A DNA stretch of 64,000 nt from Candidatus Omnitrophota bacterium (GTDB taxonomy: Bacteria > Omnitrophota > Omnitrophia > Omnitrophales > Aquincolibacteriaceae), in contig CAIOAT010000013.1 of NCBI GenBank assembly GCA_903856085.1, forward strand, positions 167,430 through 231,429. The letters are read 5' to 3'. Below the pieces are notes generated by a model. That model was not told the origin of the DNA. It did no database searches and saw nothing but the letters and a program-made list of their open reading frames with translations. Within the stretch, counting starts at the first letter, position 1, and each line of letters opens with the position of its first letter. Of the stretch, positions 29,419-42,200 are shown one piece after another. The position numbers and the translations under genes are program-made.

Positions 29419-29604
29419 TTACCAGCTGGATTTAACCACGCCCGGCAGCATGCCCGTGTTGGCCAATTCCCGGAAACAAATACGGCAGATGGAAAATTTC
29501 CGGATATAGCCGCGCGGACGTCCGCAGCGCTGGCAGCGGTTGTATTTTCTGACCTTGAACTTCGGTTCTAATCTTTGCTTTATGACCAAACAAGTCTTTG
29601 CCAT
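29419..29604 (-). CDS. rpsZ: 30S ribosomal protein S14 type Z
   Basis: 61 aa; RCQRCGR and ICRICFRE. Confidence 0.97.
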   Translation of the reverse strand: MAKTCLVIKQRLEPKFKVRKYNRCQRCGRPRGYIRKFSICRICFRELANTGMLPGVVKSSW

Positions 29605-29614
29605 TTGAAATCCC

Positions 29615-30175
29615 TTATTTCCTGAAAGGAAAGCCTAAAAGCTCAAGGAGCCGCTTTCCTTCTTTACTGTTCTCAGCCGTGGTCACAAACGTGATGTCCA
29701 TGCCCTGGACCTTCTTCATCTTATCAAACTCCACCTCTGCAAAGATCGTCTGCTCGGTAAGCCCAATCGTAAAATTCCCGCGCTGGTCAAAACTTTTATC
29801 CAGAAATCCTCGAAAGTCACGGATACGCGGCATGGCAAAGTTAAAAAGACGGTCCATGAACTCGTACATGCGGCTCCTCCGGAGCGTCACTTTCAGTCCA
29901 ATCGGAGAACCTTCGCGGAGCTTGAAAGCAGAAATGGACTTTTTCGCGCGTGTCACCACCGGCTTTTGTCCGACGATGCGCGCGAGTTCGATCGCCAGCT
30001 GGTCGAGAATCTTAATATCCTCCTGGCCTTCTTTCACACCCATATTGACTACGATCTTTTCCATTCGCGGCGCCTGCATGGGGTTTTTGTAACCAAACTC
30101 TTTTTGGAGTTCCGGTACAGCCTCCGTGCGGTATTTCTCGAGCAATCTTGGAAGTACTGTCACTTTTTGATTCAT
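29615..30175 (-). CDS. rplE: 50S ribosomal protein L5
   Basis: [24 protein letters not shown]. Confidence 0.98.
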   Translation of the reverse strand: MNQKVTVLPRLLEKYRTEAVPELQKEFGYKNPMQAPRMEKIVVNMGVKEGQEDIKILDQLAIELARIVGQKPVVTRAKKSISAFKLREGSPIGLKVTLRRSRMYEFMDRLFNFAMPRIRDFRGFLDKSFDQRGNFTIGLTEQTIFAEVEFDKMKKVQGMDITFVTTAENSKEGKRLLELLGFPFRK

Positions 30176-30180
30176 GATGT

Positions 30181-30489
30181 TTATAAAACCTCACCTGACG
30201 CTTTAACAATACGGTGCTTGGTCCCGTCCGCGAGGATGGAATACCCAACGCGAGAAGGCTTGCCGCTGCGCGGGCAAATGAGCTTGACGTTTGAAACATG
30301 GAGCTTCCCTTCCATCTTCGTGATTCCGCCCTTGGGATTTTCCTGGCTCTTGCGCAGATAACAAGTCCGGTAATTGATCTTCTCGATCAAAATCTTCCCT
30401 TCTTTCGGGAATGCGCGCATCACGCGACCTTTTTTCCCGGAATCCTTGCCCTTGGTCACGATCACTTCATCACCTTTACGGATCTTCAT
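30181..30489 (-). CDS. rplX: 50S ribosomal protein L24
   Basis: KOW motif [17 protein letters not shown]; HVSNV. Confidence 0.97.
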   Translation of the reverse strand: MKIRKGDEVIVTKGKDSGKKGRVMRAFPKEGKILIEKINYRTCYLRKSQENPKGGITKMEGKLHVSNVKLICPRSGKPSRVGYSILADGTKHRIVKASGEVL

Positions 30490-30492
30490 AAC

Positions 30493-30861
30493 TTAAACGA
30501 CCTCCGGCGCGAGCGAGATGATCTTGGAAAAACCACAATCACGGAGCTCACGCGCCACGGGGCCAAAGATGCGTGTCCCGCGCGGGTTCTTCTGGTTATC
30601 GATTAATACAATGGCATTCGACGAAAATTTCACGGATGAACCGTCCGTGCGACGAATCGGGGATTTTGTCCTGACGACCACCGCCCTAACGACCTCTCCT
30701 TTTTTGACCGCACCACTCGGAAGAGCTTCCTTCACGGACGCGGTAATGATGTCCCCCGCTTCCGCGGACCGCTTACTGTGCCGGCCGATCACGCCAATCA
30801 TAGCCGCTTTTTTTGCGCCGCTGTTGTCAGCAATCTCGAGAACGCTTCGCATCTGGATCAT
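30493..30861 (-). CDS. rplN: 50S ribosomal protein L14
   Basis: Start reassigned to MIQ; [19 protein letters not shown]. Confidence 0.98.
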   Translation of the reverse strand: MIQMRSVLEIADNSGAKKAAMIGVIGRHSKRSAEAGDIITASVKEALPSGAVKKGEVVRAVVVRTKSPIRRTDGSSVKFSSNAIVLIDNQKNPRGTRIFGPVARELRDCGFSKIISLAPEVV

Positions 30862-31121
30862 GACGGCAGCACCTTCACGAGACGCCAACGTTTGGTCTTG
30901 GAAAGCGGCCGGGTCTCAACGATCTGAACATGATTCCCTTCCTTGGCTTCGTTCTTCTCATCATGCGCAAAATACTTCACATGCCTCTTAATGATCTTTT
31001 TAAATTTGGAATGCTTCAGCAGGCGAGTCACAAGTACGGAGATAGTCTTGTTCATCTTCGCACTGACGACCACACCCTCACGAACTCGCTTCCCTTGAGC
31101 TTCCAGCTCATTCTCGGTCAT
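30858..31121 (-). CDS. rpsQ: 30S ribosomal protein S17
   Basis: [26 protein letters not shown]. Confidence 0.98.
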   Translation of the reverse strand: MTENELEAQGKRVREGVVVSAKMNKTISVLVTRLLKHSKFKKIIKRHVKYFAHDEKNEAKEGNHVQIVETRPLSKTKRWRLVKVLPS

Positions 31122-31324
31122 GACTTTTTCTCGCCTTTCTTCTTTTCCGTGATCACGGTCTTGACGCGCGCAATGTCCCGCTTGGCTTCCTTCAGCGCGG
31201 AGTGGCGCTCGAGCTTGCCGGTCTTATGCTGGAACCGGAGCTGCATCAAGCCTTTCTTCAAAACGTTGACCTTCTCGTTTAATTCCTCAGCGCTGAGTTC
31301 TTTTAATTCCGTGACTTTCAACAT
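31118..31324 (-). CDS. rpmC: 50S ribosomal protein L29
   Basis: [13 protein letters not shown]; expected position in the S10 operon. Confidence 0.96.
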   Translation of the reverse strand: MLKVTELKELSAEELNEKVNVLKKGLMQLRFQHKTGKLERHSALKEAKRDIARVKTVITEKKKGEKKS

Positions 31325-31325
31325 A

Positions 31326-31745
31326 TTAAACCGCTACCTCGCGTTTCACGAATTTAGTACGGAACGGGATCTTGTGGGCACAAAGCCTCATGGCCGCACG
31401 GGCTGTCTCTTCCGGGACACCCCCCATTTCAAAAAGGATTTTCCCGGGCTTAATGACCGCAACATAGTGAGACGGAGCGGCTTTCCCTTTGCCCATTCGG
31501 GTCTCGGCCGGCTTCTTGGAAACCGACTTGTCCGGAAAAACACGCAGCCAAATCTTACCACCACGTTTGACGTGACGCGTCAGCGCCACACGAGCCGCCT
31601 CGATCTGAACTCCGGTCAGCCAGTGACAGGACAGAGCCTTCAGTCCAAATTCTCCGAAAGACAAACTGCTTCCGCGTGTGGCAACCCCGCGCATCCAACC
31701 GCGCTGTTGCTTGCGAAATTTAACCCTCTTAGGCTGTAGGGGCAT
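31326..31745 (-). CDS. rplP: 50S ribosomal protein L16
   Basis: Start reassigned to [12 protein letters not shown]; [14 protein letters not shown]. Confidence 0.97.
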   Translation of the reverse strand: MPLQPKRVKFRKQQRGWMRGVATRGSSLSFGEFGLKALSCHWLTGVQIEAARVALTRHVKRGGKIWLRVFPDKSVSKKPAETRMGKGKAAPSHYVAVIKPGKILFEMGGVPEETARAAMRLCAHKIPFRTKFVKREVAV

Positions 31746-32493
31746 CGCTCTTATTCTCCTGTGTCTCGCTATTCGGAGCCACTTCTGCAACTTCTGTTTT
31801 CGGCATCTCTTCTTCCGCAACTTTAAATTTTTTCTCGAGCTCAAGCTTTTGCGCTTCTTGCTCTTTTTTTACAAGCACATCCCCCTTATAGATCCATGTC
31901 TTACAACCAATGGTCCCATAAGTGGTAAAGGCTTCCGCAAAACCGTAATCGATATCTGCACGAAAAGTGCTGAGCGGAACCTTTCCCTCATGATATTTTT
32001 CTTCACGCGCGATCTCCGCGCCGCCAAGACGGCCCTTGCACTGAACCTTGATACCCAGCGCACCTTTTTGCATCGCAAGCTGGATGGATTTTTTCATCGC
32101 ACGCCTGAAACCGATACGCTTTTCAAGCTGTAGCACGATATTCTCGGCCACGAGCTGTGCGTCGATCTGAGGCATCTTCACTTCCTTGATGTCCAAAAAC
32201 ACCTCGTTCTTCGTCAGGGCCCCAAGATCTTCTTTGATCTTATCGATCTCTTGACCGCGCCGGCCGATGATAACGCCCGGCTTGGCCGCAAAAATACGAA
32301 TGCGGACCCGGTTCGACGCCCGGTCGATCTCGATCGAAGAGATGCCGGCGATGGCCAGTTTTTTCTTTAGATAAGCACGGATTTTAAGATCTTCCATGAG
32401 AATAACCCCTGCGTCACGCTTAACGAACCATCGCGCTTTCCAGGGCTTAATGTAACCAAGCCTTAAACCGTAAGGATGAACTTTCTGACCCAA
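31729..32493 (-). CDS. rpsC: 30S ribosomal protein S3
   Basis: TTG start after a GGAGG SD giving MGQKVHP; [19 protein letters not shown]; acidic C-terminal tail. Confidence 0.97.
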   Translation of the reverse strand: MGQKVHPYGLRLGYIKPWKARWFVKRDAGVILMEDLKIRAYLKKKLAIAGISSIEIDRASNRVRIRIFAAKPGVIIGRRGQEIDKIKEDLGALTKNEVFLDIKEVKMPQIDAQLVAENIVLQLEKRIGFRRAMKKSIQLAMQKGALGIKVQCKGRLGGAEIAREEKYHEGKVPLSTFRADIDYGFAEAFTTYGTIGCKTWIYKGDVLVKKEQEAQKLELEKKFKVAEEEMPKTEVAEVAPNSETQENKSDAPTA

Positions 32494-32518
32494 AATAGCC
32501 TCCCTTAAACCTTCGTTT

Positions 32519-32971
32519 TTAAGCCGCCGCAGCGGTTTTTTTCTTATTCTTTGCTTTCGCGTCTTCCGGCGCTCTTCCGCCCCAAATCTTAAACCCTTCG
32601 CGGACTTCAACGGTCAAGTGTGTCGTCCGTTTTAAAATTTTATCCGCGCGTCCCATCGAACGGGTCAGAAACCGCTTGAACACCGGCCCACCATCCGCGC
32701 GTACATTTGAAACATAAAGACGATTTTCATTTAAGCCAAGATTCTTAGCGTTCGCGATAGCGCTTTTCAGTGTCTTGACCGCCAGCTTGGCGCCCTTCTT
32801 CTTAAGAAGCATCAGAATCCCGACTGCCTCCACGGCCTGCTGCCTCCGGATCGTATCGATCACAAGACGCATCTTTCGCGGGGCGATCCTGATGTGCTTT
32901 GTGACCGCTCGCACAATACGCGGCGACGGAGCGACTGTTTCTACCTTTGCTTTTTTTTCTTCTTTAGCCAT
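32519..32971 (-). CDS. rplV: 50S ribosomal protein L22
   Basis: IAPRKMRLV, SAIANA, KRTTHLTV. Confidence 0.97.
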   Translation of the reverse strand: MAKEEKKAKVETVAPSPRIVRAVTKHIRIAPRKMRLVIDTIRRQQAVEAVGILMLLKKKGAKLAVKTLKSAIANAKNLGLNENRLYVSNVRADGGPVFKRFLTRSMGRADKILKRTTHLTVEVREGFKIWGGRAPEDAKAKNKKKTAAAA

Positions 32972-32985
32972 GATGTTCTTTCAGA

Positions 32986-33285
32986 TCAGGTCGTTGAGCC
33001 GGCGGCAAGGGCTTTCGCCTTATCGCCCGAAGCGCTGTGTTTTCTAAACGTCCGCGTCGGAGAGAATTCTCCGACCTTATGCCCGATCATGTTTTCAGTC
33101 ACGAACACGTTCGTAAAAGACTTCCCATTATGGACCGACAACGTAACGCCAATAAAATCCGGCGTGATCGTAGAACGCCGCGACCAAGTTTTGATGGGAC
33201 GGCGATCTTTTTTCTGATTTGCGGTCTGGACCTTACCTAAAAGTCTGTCGTCAACGTAGACGCCTTTTTTTGAGGAACGGCTCAT
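32986..33285 (-). CDS. rpsS: 30S ribosomal protein S19
   Basis: [21 protein letters not shown]. Confidence 0.98.
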   Translation of the reverse strand: MSRSSKKGVYVDDRLLGKVQTANQKKDRRPIKTWSRRSTITPDFIGVTLSVHNGKSFTNVFVTENMIGHKVGEFSPTRTFRKHSASGDKAKALAAGSTT

Positions 33286-34109
33286 TTTCTGCGATCCTTC
33301 ACAATGTATTTGTTCGATGCTTTATAACGTTTACGCGTCTTGAGCCCCTTAGACTTTTGTCCCGTCGGGCTCTGGGGATGATTACCACCCTTCGACTTAC
33401 CTTCACCGCCGCCAAGAGGATGGTCCACAGGATTACGCGCAACACCGCGTGAGACAGGACGCCTTCCCAACCAACGAGCGCGGCCCGCTTTCCCAAGAAC
33501 AATATTCTCATGATCGATATTGGAGCACTGTCCGATCGTCGCGTAAGACTTCGCCGGAACAAGCCTTACTTCTCCGGAAGGAAGCTTAATATGCGCCATG
33601 TCATTTTCTTTTGCCAGAATTTGAGCTACCACGCCACCGGCGCGAGCCAACTTGCCTCCCAAACCGGGACGAAGCTCGATATTGTGGATCATCGAACCTT
33701 CCGGAATCTTCTCCAGCGGCAAATGATTACCGACCCTCACTTCCACATCCGGCCCACTCACCACTTTTTCGCCGACTTTCAGTCCGTCCGGGCAAAGAAT
33801 ATAACTCTTGAGTCCGTCCGAGTATTGCACAAGCGCGATGCGCGCGCTACGGTTCGGATCATATTCCACGGTCAAAACGGTTGCCTCAACGCCTATGCGA
33901 TTCCTTCTGAAATCGATAAGACGGATGCGGCGCTTATGCCCGCCTCCAATACGTCGCGAAGTAATGTGTCCATGGTTGTTGCGTCCCCCCGAGCCTTTTT
34001 TAATATAGGTCAACGGTTTGTACGGGCGATCTGTGGTGATTTCGGCAAAATCAGAAACGTTTCCGTATCGCCGCGTCGGTGTTGTTGGTTTAAATTTAAT
34101 GAGTCCCAT
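33282..34109 (-). CDS. rplB: 50S ribosomal protein L2
   Basis: [26 protein letters not shown]. Confidence 0.98.
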   Translation of the reverse strand: MGLIKFKPTTPTRRYGNVSDFAEITTDRPYKPLTYIKKGSGGRNNHGHITSRRIGGGHKRRIRLIDFRRNRIGVEATVLTVEYDPNRSARIALVQYSDGLKSYILCPDGLKVGEKVVSGPDVEVRVGNHLPLEKIPEGSMIHNIELRPGLGGKLARAGGVVAQILAKENDMAHIKLPSGEVRLVPAKSYATIGQCSNIDHENIVLGKAGRARWLGRRPVSRGVARNPVDHPLGGGEGKSKGGNHPQSPTGQKSKGLKTRKRYKASNKYIVKDRRK

Positions 34110-34127
34110 AAATCCTTTTTTTCTTTT

Positions 34128-34415
34128 TTACTTCGTCAGATCGATCTTTTCGCCCTTTTTCAAGGTCACGATAGCTTTTTTCCAAGCCGCCGTCTGTCCG
34201 GGAACGTGACGCACACGGCGCCATTTTCCGGAAACATTCATCGTATTAACTTTGTCCACATGCACGTCGAAGATCTTCTCGACAGCTGCTTTAACCTCTT
34301 TTTTATTAGCTTGCGGATGTACGCGAAAACCATACTGGTTTGAAGCCTCGGCAGCCTTAGAAAGCTTCTCGGTGATCAACGGCTCAACCACAACATCGTA
34401 AAGATTAAGCTTCAT
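34128..34415 (-). CDS. rplW: 50S ribosomal protein L23
   Basis: PLITEK, ANKKEVK, WKKAIVTL. Confidence 0.98.
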   Translation of the reverse strand: MKLNLYDVVVEPLITEKLSKAAEASNQYGFRVHPQANKKEVKAAVEKIFDVHVDKVNTMNVSGKWRRVRHVPGQTAAWKKAIVTLKKGEKIDLTK

Positions 34416-35061
34416 GAGACTTCTCCTTCGCCGTTACTGCTAGGCGCGTTTCGATCAGCTCGACAGCCGCCTCATCGATCACAAGCTTTTCGCGCTGCAT
34501 CACATCATAAGCCGTGAATTCCGCAGCGGTCTTGACCTCGATCCTCTCGCGCATGTTACGGCTCGCGCGTTTAAGGTTCGGCGTCGCTTCTTTCACAACG
34601 TAAAGCGCGCGTTTTTTCAGGACTGGCAAAGATTTCGCAATCGCTGCAAATTCTTTCGTTTTCGGCGTCTCAAACTTGACCGCTTCAAGCAGGATCAAGT
34701 TCTTCTCACCCGCACGCTTACTGAGCATGACCCTCAAGGCCAGATTACGGATCGTTTTGGACAAATTAACCGTGTAATCCCTTTGATGCGGGCCAAACAC
34801 TGTACCACCGCCGACCCAGATCGGAGAACGCGTCGAACCGTGGCGGGCTCTTCCGGTTCCTTTTTGTTTCCAAGGTTTTTTTCCACCGCCGCGAACTTCG
34901 CCGCGCGTCTTGGTATCCACAGTCCCTTTGCGCAAATTGCCAGAATAGGCGTTCCGCACCAGCTCCAAAAGACGGTCGTTTATCCGGACCCCGTAAATCT
35001 CGGGGTTCAGCACCACCTCTTGTTTCTTCTTACCCTCTTTTGAGTAAAGAAGCACTTTCAT
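34405..35061 (-). CDS. rplD: 50S ribosomal protein L4
   Basis: [25 protein letters not shown]. Confidence 0.98.
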   Translation of the reverse strand: MKVLLYSKEGKKKQEVVLNPEIYGVRINDRLLELVRNAYSGNLRKGTVDTKTRGEVRGGGKKPWKQKGTGRARHGSTRSPIWVGGGTVFGPHQRDYTVNLSKTIRNLALRVMLSKRAGEKNLILLEAVKFETPKTKEFAAIAKSLPVLKKRALYVVKEATPNLKRASRNMRERIEVKTAAEFTAYDVMQREKLVIDEAAVELIETRLAVTAKEKSHEA

Positions 35062-35111
35062 CTCTTATACCTTTCTTTCGATCCGAAGATCGTTCGCCGC
35101 GAGGCTGATTG

Positions 35112-35864
35112 CTAGGAACTTGCTTTTGTTCCTTCTTGAGGATTTTCAGCTTTGGAAGTTTCCGAGGAACTTTCCTTCGGGGACCCCTGCTTACTACTTC
35201 TCACTATCCAGGAACCTTTCTTGCCGCGCTTAAGCGCGCTGCGGATGATCAAATAACCGCCTTCCGCGCCCGGAACACTGCCACCCAGCGCAAGAAGATT
35301 GTTCTCAACATCCACTTTCATGACCTTAAGATTATGAATACAGACCTTTTCATCGCCCATGTGTCCGGGAAGCCCTTTTCCCTTGCGAACCTTTTTTCGA
35401 CAGCCTACGCCGCCGGCCTTTGAGCCAATGGAACCTGGAACACGACCGAACATGGAACCATGGCTCGAGCTTGCGCCACCTTTATAATTGAGACGCTTCA
35501 CTACGCCCTGGAAACCTTTTCCGATCGAGACGCCTTCGATATCCACATACTCCCCAACCTCAAAATTCTCCGCGTGAAGCTCACTGCCAACACTTAAATT
35601 TGCAATGTCTTCCGTGCGAATCTCACGAATGAATCTTACCGGAGGAACATTCGCCTTGCGAAGCGCGCCCGCTTTCGCCTTGTTCAGACGCTTCTCTTTG
35701 ATGGCATCGAATCCCAGCTGAACACCCAAATATCCGTTCTTCTCTTTGGTGCGAAGCGCCGTCACAAAACACGGCCCCACCTCAAGCACCGTCACGGGAA
35801 TCTGCTGACCTTCCCCGTCGAAAATCTGGGACATTCCTATTTTTTTACCTAAAAGACCGATCAT
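35112..35864 (-). CDS. rplC: 50S ribosomal protein L3
   Basis: GKKIGMSQ, GKGFQGVVKR, PGHMG, GSVPG. Confidence 0.98.
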   Translation of the reverse strand: MIGLLGKKIGMSQIFDGEGQQIPVTVLEVGPCFVTALRTKEKNGYLGVQLGFDAIKEKRLNKAKAGALRKANVPPVRFIREIRTEDIANLSVGSELHAENFEVGEYVDIEGVSIGKGFQGVVKRLNYKGGASSSHGSMFGRVPGSIGSKAGGVGCRKKVRKGKGLPGHMGDEKVCIHNLKVMKVDVENNLLALGGSVPGAEGGYLIIRSALKRGKKGSWIVRSSKQGSPKESSSETSKAENPQEGTKASS

Positions 35865-35875
35865 AATTTTCTCTT

Positions 35876-36190
35876 TTAAAGTTTAATCTCCACGTCCACG
35901 CCTGCCGGGAGGTCGAGTTTCATCAACGCGTCCACGGTGCGGGAAGTGGGATCTTCCAGTTCAATAAGACGTTTATGGGTCCGGATCTCGAATTGATCGC
36001 GCGCTCTTTTGTCGATATGCGGACCACGAAGCACCGTCGTTTTCCAAATATGCGTCGGAAGAGGAATCGGACCAATCACTTTTGCGCCGGTCTTCTTCGC
36101 AGTCCCCACGATCTCCTGGACCGACTGGTCCAACACACGGTGGTCATACGCTTTCAATTTGATACGGATCTTTTCTTTAGCTTGGGCCAT
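35876..36190 (-). CDS. rpsJ: 30S ribosomal protein S10
   Basis: Start reassigned to [16 protein letters not shown]; [16 protein letters not shown]. Confidence 0.98.
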   Translation of the reverse strand: MAQAKEKIRIKLKAYDHRVLDQSVQEIVGTAKKTGAKVIGPIPLPTHIWKTTVLRGPHIDKRARDQFEIRTHKRLIELEDPTSRTVDALMKLDLPAGVDVEIKL

Positions 36191-36194
36191 TTTT

Positions 36195-38276
36195 TTATCC
36201 TGCGATGATCTTTTCTGCGACCATTTTTGGAACTTCTTGATAAGTGTGCGGCTCCATGGTGTAAGTCGCTCGTCCCTGCGACAAGGAACGGACCGAAGTC
36301 GCGTAACCGAACATCTCAGAAAGAGGCACGAGCCCCTTGATGGCCTTAAGATGGCCACGGTTCGTGAGCTCCTGGATCACGCAACGGCGGGAGTTCAGAT
36401 CGCCGATCACATCCCCCATGTATTCCTCGGGAACCAAAACCTCAACGAACATGATGGGTTCTAATAGGACAGGCTTCGCTCTCTTAAAGGCTTCCTTAAA
36501 GGCGAAAATGCCGGCCATCTTAAACGCAATTTCTGAAGAGTCAACATCGTGGTAACTTCCGTCATAAACGATGGCTCGAACGTCCGTGACCGGATAACCC
36601 GCGAGCACGCCGTTGGCACAAGCATCTTCCACCCCGGCCTCCACAGCAGGAATGTACTCACGAGGAATGGAACCACCCTTTACTTCATCCTCAAATTCGT
36701 TTCCGGTACCACGCGCAAGCGGTTCGATCTTGATGTAACAGTGACCATATTGTCCGCGACCACCTGTTTGCTTGATGAATTTTCCCTCGGCCTCGGCCGT
36801 CGCCTGAATCGTTTCTTTGTAAGCAACCTGCGGTTTTCCGACATTCACCTGAACGGCATATTCCCGCTTCATGATGTCGACTTTGATTTCCAAATGAAGT
36901 TCGCCCATGCCGCCGATCAAGGTCTGAACAGTTTCCTGATCCGTCTTCACGCGGAAGGTCGGATCTTCGTTCACAAGCTTGCCAAGGGCATCCGACATCT
37001 TGTCGCGATCCGCTTTAGTCTTCGGCTCGACCGCCATCCAGATCACAGGCTCCGGAACGAACATCGTCTCAAGCAAGATCGGATTGCTTTCCAGGCAAAG
37101 GGAATCGCCCGTCTTGACTTCCTTAAGACCGACCGCCGCCACGATATTCCCGGCGCCGGCTTCATCGATCTCTTCACGCTTGTTGGCATGCATAAGAAGG
37201 AGACGCCCGATACGCTCGGTTTTTCCGGTGCGAACATTATAGATATAAGAACTTGAAGAAAGCGTTCCGGAATAAATTCGAATATAGGTCAAAGATCCCA
37301 CGAATTTATCACTTGCGATCTTGAACGCATAACAAGACAAAGGAGCCTTATCGCTTGCTTCGCGATGGATCTCAGTCTCCGTCCCTGGCTCAGTACCTTT
37401 CACGGGAGGAATATCCAAAGGCGAAGGGAGATAATCGACGACTGCATCCAAAAGCTGCTGCACGCCCTTATTCTTGAGCGCGGAGCCAACAATGACCGGC
37501 GCCATCTTAAGGCTGATCGTTCCTTTACGGATCGCCGACTTGATCTCCGCCACTGTGGGCGCTTGCGCCTCTATGAATTTGTGCATCAAAGCGTCATCAT
37601 ATTCGGAGACCTTCTCAATCATAAATTCACGCGCCTTCTTAGCCTGTTCCGCGTAATCGGCGGGAATGTCCTGAATCTCGAATTTCGCGCCAAGACTCTC
37701 GTCATTAAAAACATAGGCTTTCATCTCGACTAAATCGATGATGCCACGATGCTTTTCCTCAAGGCCCAAGGGAATCTGAATAGGAACAGCGTTTGCACCA
37801 AGCTGGTCTCGCATCTGCTGAACATTCTTTTCAAACTCGGCGCCTGTGCGATCCATCTTATTAATGAAGGCGATGCGCGGCACGTTGTATCGATCCGCCT
37901 GACGCCACACCGTCTCAGATTGCGGTTCCACGCCTTCTACCGCTCCAAAAACCGCGACGCAGCCGTCCAACACACGAAGAGAACGCTCAACTTCGATCGT
38001 AAAATCCACGTGTCCAGGGGTATCAATAAGGTTGATGCGACAATCTCTCCAGAAACAGGTCGTGGCAGCTGAAGTGATCGTAATGCCACGCTCCTGCTCC
38101 TGCTCCATCCAGTCCATGACTGCCGTTCCTTCGTGTACTTCCCCGATCTTATAAGTGCGGCCGGTATAAAAAAGAATACGCTCGGAGGTAGTCGTCTTCC
38201 CCGCGTCAATATGGGCTGCAATGCCAATATTGCGTATCCTGTCTATCGGAAAATGAATTTTCTTTTCGTCTGCCAT
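36195..38276 (-). CDS. fusA: elongation factor G
   Basis: [30 protein letters not shown]. Confidence 0.99.
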   Translation of the reverse strand: MADEKKIHFPIDRIRNIGIAAHIDAGKTTTSERILFYTGRTYKIGEVHEGTAVMDWMEQEQERGITITSAATTCFWRDCRINLIDTPGHVDFTIEVERSLRVLDGCVAVFGAVEGVEPQSETVWRQADRYNVPRIAFINKMDRTGAEFEKNVQQMRDQLGANAVPIQIPLGLEEKHRGIIDLVEMKAYVFNDESLGAKFEIQDIPADYAEQAKKAREFMIEKVSEYDDALMHKFIEAQAPTVAEIKSAIRKGTISLKMAPVIVGSALKNKGVQQLLDAVVDYLPSPLDIPPVKGTEPGTETEIHREASDKAPLSCYAFKIASDKFVGSLTYIRIYSGTLSSSSYIYNVRTGKTERIGRLLLMHANKREEIDEAGAGNIVAAVGLKEVKTGDSLCLESNPILLETMFVPEPVIWMAVEPKTKADRDKMSDALGKLVNEDPTFRVKTDQETVQTLIGGMGELHLEIKVDIMKREYAVQVNVGKPQVAYKETIQATAEAEGKFIKQTGGRGQYGHCYIKIEPLARGTGNEFEDEVKGGSIPREYIPAVEAGVEDACANGVLAGYPVTDVRAIVYDGSYHDVDSSEIAFKMAGIFAFKEAFKRAKPVLLEPIMFVEVLVPEEYMGDVIGDLNSRRCVIQELTNRGHLKAIKGLVPLSEMFGYATSVRSLSQGRATYTMEPHTYQEVPKMVAEKIIAG

Positions 38277-38283
38277 TTTTTCT

Positions 38284-38362
38284 CGTCATGCGCGTAACGC
38301 GCAAGGCTCTACGTTAAAATATTTTTTTGAACTGTGTTACGCTCTGCACGTCGTGCGTTGCG
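38284..38362. repeat. 7-nt-period inverted repeat element between rpsG and fusA
   Basis: CGTAACG CGCAAGG CTCTACG, an AT-rich spacer, then TGTTACG CTCTGCA CGTCGTG CGTTGCG. Confidence 0.5.
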
Positions 38363-38370
38363 CTTTCTTT

Positions 38371-38838
38371 CTACCAGCGATAATGCGCGAAAGCCCTGTT
38401 AGCCTCCGCCATCTTATGCATATCTTCCCGCTTCTTGATGGAAGGGCCCGTCTTATTGAAACCGTCGATGATCTCCTGCGCCAACTTCTCATGCATAGGC
38501 TTCCCCTTGCGATCACGAGAATAGCTCCGGATCCAACGAAGGGCTAGGGAGTAACCACGATCTTCAGAAACACTGACCGGCACCTGATACGTCGCCCCGC
38601 CTACGCGCCGGGACTTTGTCTCCAGGAGAGGGCGCACATTATCTAACGCCGCTCGAAAAACTTCAAGAGGTTCTTTTGCTGTTTTTTCTTTGACGATATC
38701 CAAGGCATCATACACAATTCTCTCCGCCGTGGACTTCTTGCCGCACTCCATCACGATATTAATGAACTTCGCGATAAGCAAATCGCCGTAGCGCGGGTCT
38801 GGATCGATCAATCTTTTTTGTGCGCGTCTTCTTCTCAT
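38371..38838 (-). CDS. rpsG: 30S ribosomal protein S7
   Basis: [25 protein letters not shown]. Confidence 0.98.
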   Translation of the reverse strand: MRRRRAQKRLIDPDPRYGDLLIAKFINIVMECGKKSTAERIVYDALDIVKEKTAKEPLEVFRAALDNVRPLLETKSRRVGGATYQVPVSVSEDRGYSLALRWIRSYSRDRKGKPMHEKLAQEIIDGFNKTGPSIKKREDMHKMAEANRAFAHYRW

Positions 38839-39227
38839 GATTTCTTAGCATCCTTTTTCGGAGTTTTTGCGCCATACTTCGAACGCGATTTCGTGCGGTC
38901 CGCAACGCCGGCAGCATCCAGTTTCCCGCGAACAATATGATAACGAACGCCCGGAAGATCCTTCACACGGCCGCCTCTCACAAGCACGATCGAATGTTCC
39001 TGCAAATTATGCCCAACGCCCGGGATGTAAGCGGTCACTTCCTGCCCATTCGTCAGACGCACACGAGCGATTTTCCGAAGAGCGGAGTTCGGCTTTTTAG
39101 GGGTTTGGGTCCTGACGATCAAGCACACGCCTTTACGGAATGGCGAGTTTTGCAAGGCCGGGGACTTGGATTTCCCTTTAAACTTATTTCTTCCAAAACG
39201 GATCAACTGGTTGATGGTCGGCGACAT
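38835..39227 (-). CDS. rpsL: 30S ribosomal protein S12
   Basis: [21 protein letters not shown]. Confidence 0.99.
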   Translation of the reverse strand: MSPTINQLIRFGRNKFKGKSKSPALQNSPFRKGVCLIVRTQTPKKPNSALRKIARVRLTNGQEVTAYIPGVGHNLQEHSIVLVRGGRVKDLPGVRYHIVRGKLDAAGVADRTKSRSKYGAKTPKKDAKKS

Positions 39228-42200
39228 TTAAGAATTCTCCTTGGATGCACTGGCCTCTTCGGCAGCTTTTTCTTTCTTCCCGGCCTCAGGATCCGGCAAA
39301 ACATCGGTCAGGTCTTTTTCGAGTTCAATATCGTGATGAATCTTGAAACCCGTCCCGGCGGGGATCAAATGGCCCATAATGACGTTTTCTTTGAGGCCTT
39401 GCAGATAGTCCCGCTTGCCGGCCGAAGCCGCTTCCGTGAGCACGCGCGTCGTTTCCTGGAAACTCGCGGCCGAAATAAAACTGTCCGTCGTGAGCGACGC
39501 CTTCGTGATCCCGAGAAGGATCGAAGTGCCCTTGGCGGGCTCCTTACCCTTCTTGATCATCTTGGCATTCTCTTCCGCAAACCTGAGTTTCTCCACATGG
39601 GAACCCACGAGAAATTCCGTATCTCCGGAATCCTCGATGCGAACCTTGCGAAGCATCTGGCGAACGATCGCTTCAACATGCTTGTCGTTGAGACGCACGC
39701 CCTGCAGACGATAAACTTCCTGAACTTCTTCCACGAGATATTGCTGAAGACTTCTTTCACCCGAAACGCGAAGGATGTCCTGCAACACGACTGGGCCGTC
39801 CACAAGCTGCTGCCCGGCAAGGACTCTGTCACCTTTGTAAACGTTCAAATGCTTGCCGTGCGGGATCAAATATTCTTTGGCCATACCCGTAGAACTCTTC
39901 ACAATGATCTGGCGCTGCCCCTTTACGATCGCCCCGATCTCCACGACACCGTCAATTTCTGAAATAACGGCCGGGTTCTTCGGCTTACGGGCTTCAAAAA
40001 GTTCGGCAACACGCGGCAAACCGCCCGTGATATCGCGGGTCTTGGCGACCTTACGCGGCGTTTTCGCAAGCAACGTTCCGCCGGTGATCGATTGACCGTC
40101 TTTGACGACAATGTGGGCGCCGGTCGGAATCGGATAAAATGCAAGAATCTCATCTTTTTCCCCGACCAAAAGCAACTGCGGATGCATATCTTCTTTATGT
40201 TCGATGATCACGCGCTCGGTCATACCGGTGGTCGCGTCAAGCTCTTCATTCATCGTGACGCCGGCCTTGATATCTTCAAAACGCACTTTCCCGGAAACCT
40301 CGGTCAAGATCGGAACCGTATACGGGTCCCATTTCACGAAGATCTCGCCTTTTTTGACCTTTTCGCCATCTTTAAAATGAATGAACGCGCCGGTCGGGAT
40401 CGTATAACGTTCCAACTCACGACCCGTCGGATCATGAAGTGAGAGTTGGCCGTTGCGATTCAACACCACGGTCTCGTTCGTCTTGGTAACAACCGTTTTC
40501 AAATTATGGGACTGGAGCACGCCCTCATTGCGGGCGCGATAATAGGATTGTTCGACCACGCGGGATGCCGTACCACCGATGTGGAACGTACGCATGGTCA
40601 GCTGGGTACCCGGCTCACCGATGGACTGCGCGGCAATAATACCGACCGCCGTCCCCTGTTCCACGAGACGACGCGTGGCAAGATCGCGACCATAGCATCT
40701 CGCACAAATACCTTTTGGCGATTCGCAGCAGAGAACGGAACGGACACGGATCTTCTCGATCCCGGCCTCTTCGATCTTCTTGACGATCGCTTCATCGATA
40801 AGATCGCCGGATTTCACGATTACTTGGTCGGTGATGACGTCGACAACGTTGTCCAAGGCCACACGGCCCAGGATCCTGTCATAGAGAGACACAATGACTT
40901 CTTCGCCTTCATAAACCGGCTCCATCACGATCCCGTTCAAAGTACCGCAATCGTCGATGTTAATGATCACATCCTGAGCAACGTCCACCAACCGGCGGGT
41001 CAAATACCCGGAATCGGCGGTCTTAAGCGCGGTATCTGCCAAACCTTTGCGGGCACCGTGCGTCGAGATGAAATATTCGAGCACCGTCAGACCTTCGCGA
41101 AAGTTTGCAGTGATCGGACTTTCAATGATCTCGCCGGAAGGCTTCGCCATCAAACCACGCATACCTGCCAACTGGCGGATCTGCTGCTTGGAACCTCTGG
41201 CGCCGGAATCGGCCATCATGAAAATAGGATTAAACGCATCAAGAGCCTCAAACATCACGTCAGATACGCGGTCCGTAGTATGCGTCCAGATGTCGATCAC
41301 CTTGTTGTACCGTTCCCCGTCCGTGATCAAACCCTGCTTATACTGACTTTCGATCGCTTTCACTTCTTTACGAGCTTCATTGAGAATGCCTTCTTTAGCG
41401 TCCGGGATCTGAATGTCATCGATTCCGATCGAAAGACCCGCCTTCGTCGCCTCAGCAAAACCGAGGGCTTTCAATCTATCGAGAAGCTTCACGACCTCTT
41501 CATGGCCGAATGTGTTGTAACATTCTGCGATGATCTTAGAAAGCTTACCTTTATTCACGATGTCATTAACGTGCCTAAACCCCTTAGGCAGAACATCGTT
41601 AAAAATAATGCGTCCCATGGTCGTTTCCACGATCTCGCCGCTCGCCAAACGAAGCTTGCACTTCGCATGCTTATGAATCTGATTGTCCTGATAGGCCAGG
41701 ATCGCTTCCTGCGTATCACTAAACGCAAGCCCCTCGCCCAGAACCTTATCCCGGACCTTGGTGAGATAATAGATTCCGAGCACGATGTCCTGCGTCGGGG
41801 TCATGATCGGCTGCCCGCTCGCGGGCGAGAAAATATTATTGGCAGAAAGCATGAGAATGCGCGCTTCCATCACAGCTTCCATGGAAAGCGGCACGTGAAC
41901 GGCCATTTGGTCACCGTCAAAGTCGGCATTGAAAGCCGTACAAACAAGCGGATGAATACGAATGGCATTCCCCTCGATCAGCATAGGCTCGAAAGCCTGG
42001 ATGCCTAGACGATGGAGCGTCGGCGCGCGGTTGAGCATCACCGGATGCTCCTTGATCACTTCTTCCAAAATATCCCAAACTTCGGGCTTTACACGCTCAA
42101 CCATTTTCTTGGCAGAACGGATCGTGTGTACATGACCGCGTTCTTTGAGCTTACGGATGATAAAAGGTTCAAAAAGTTCGAGCGCCATCTTTTTCGGCAA

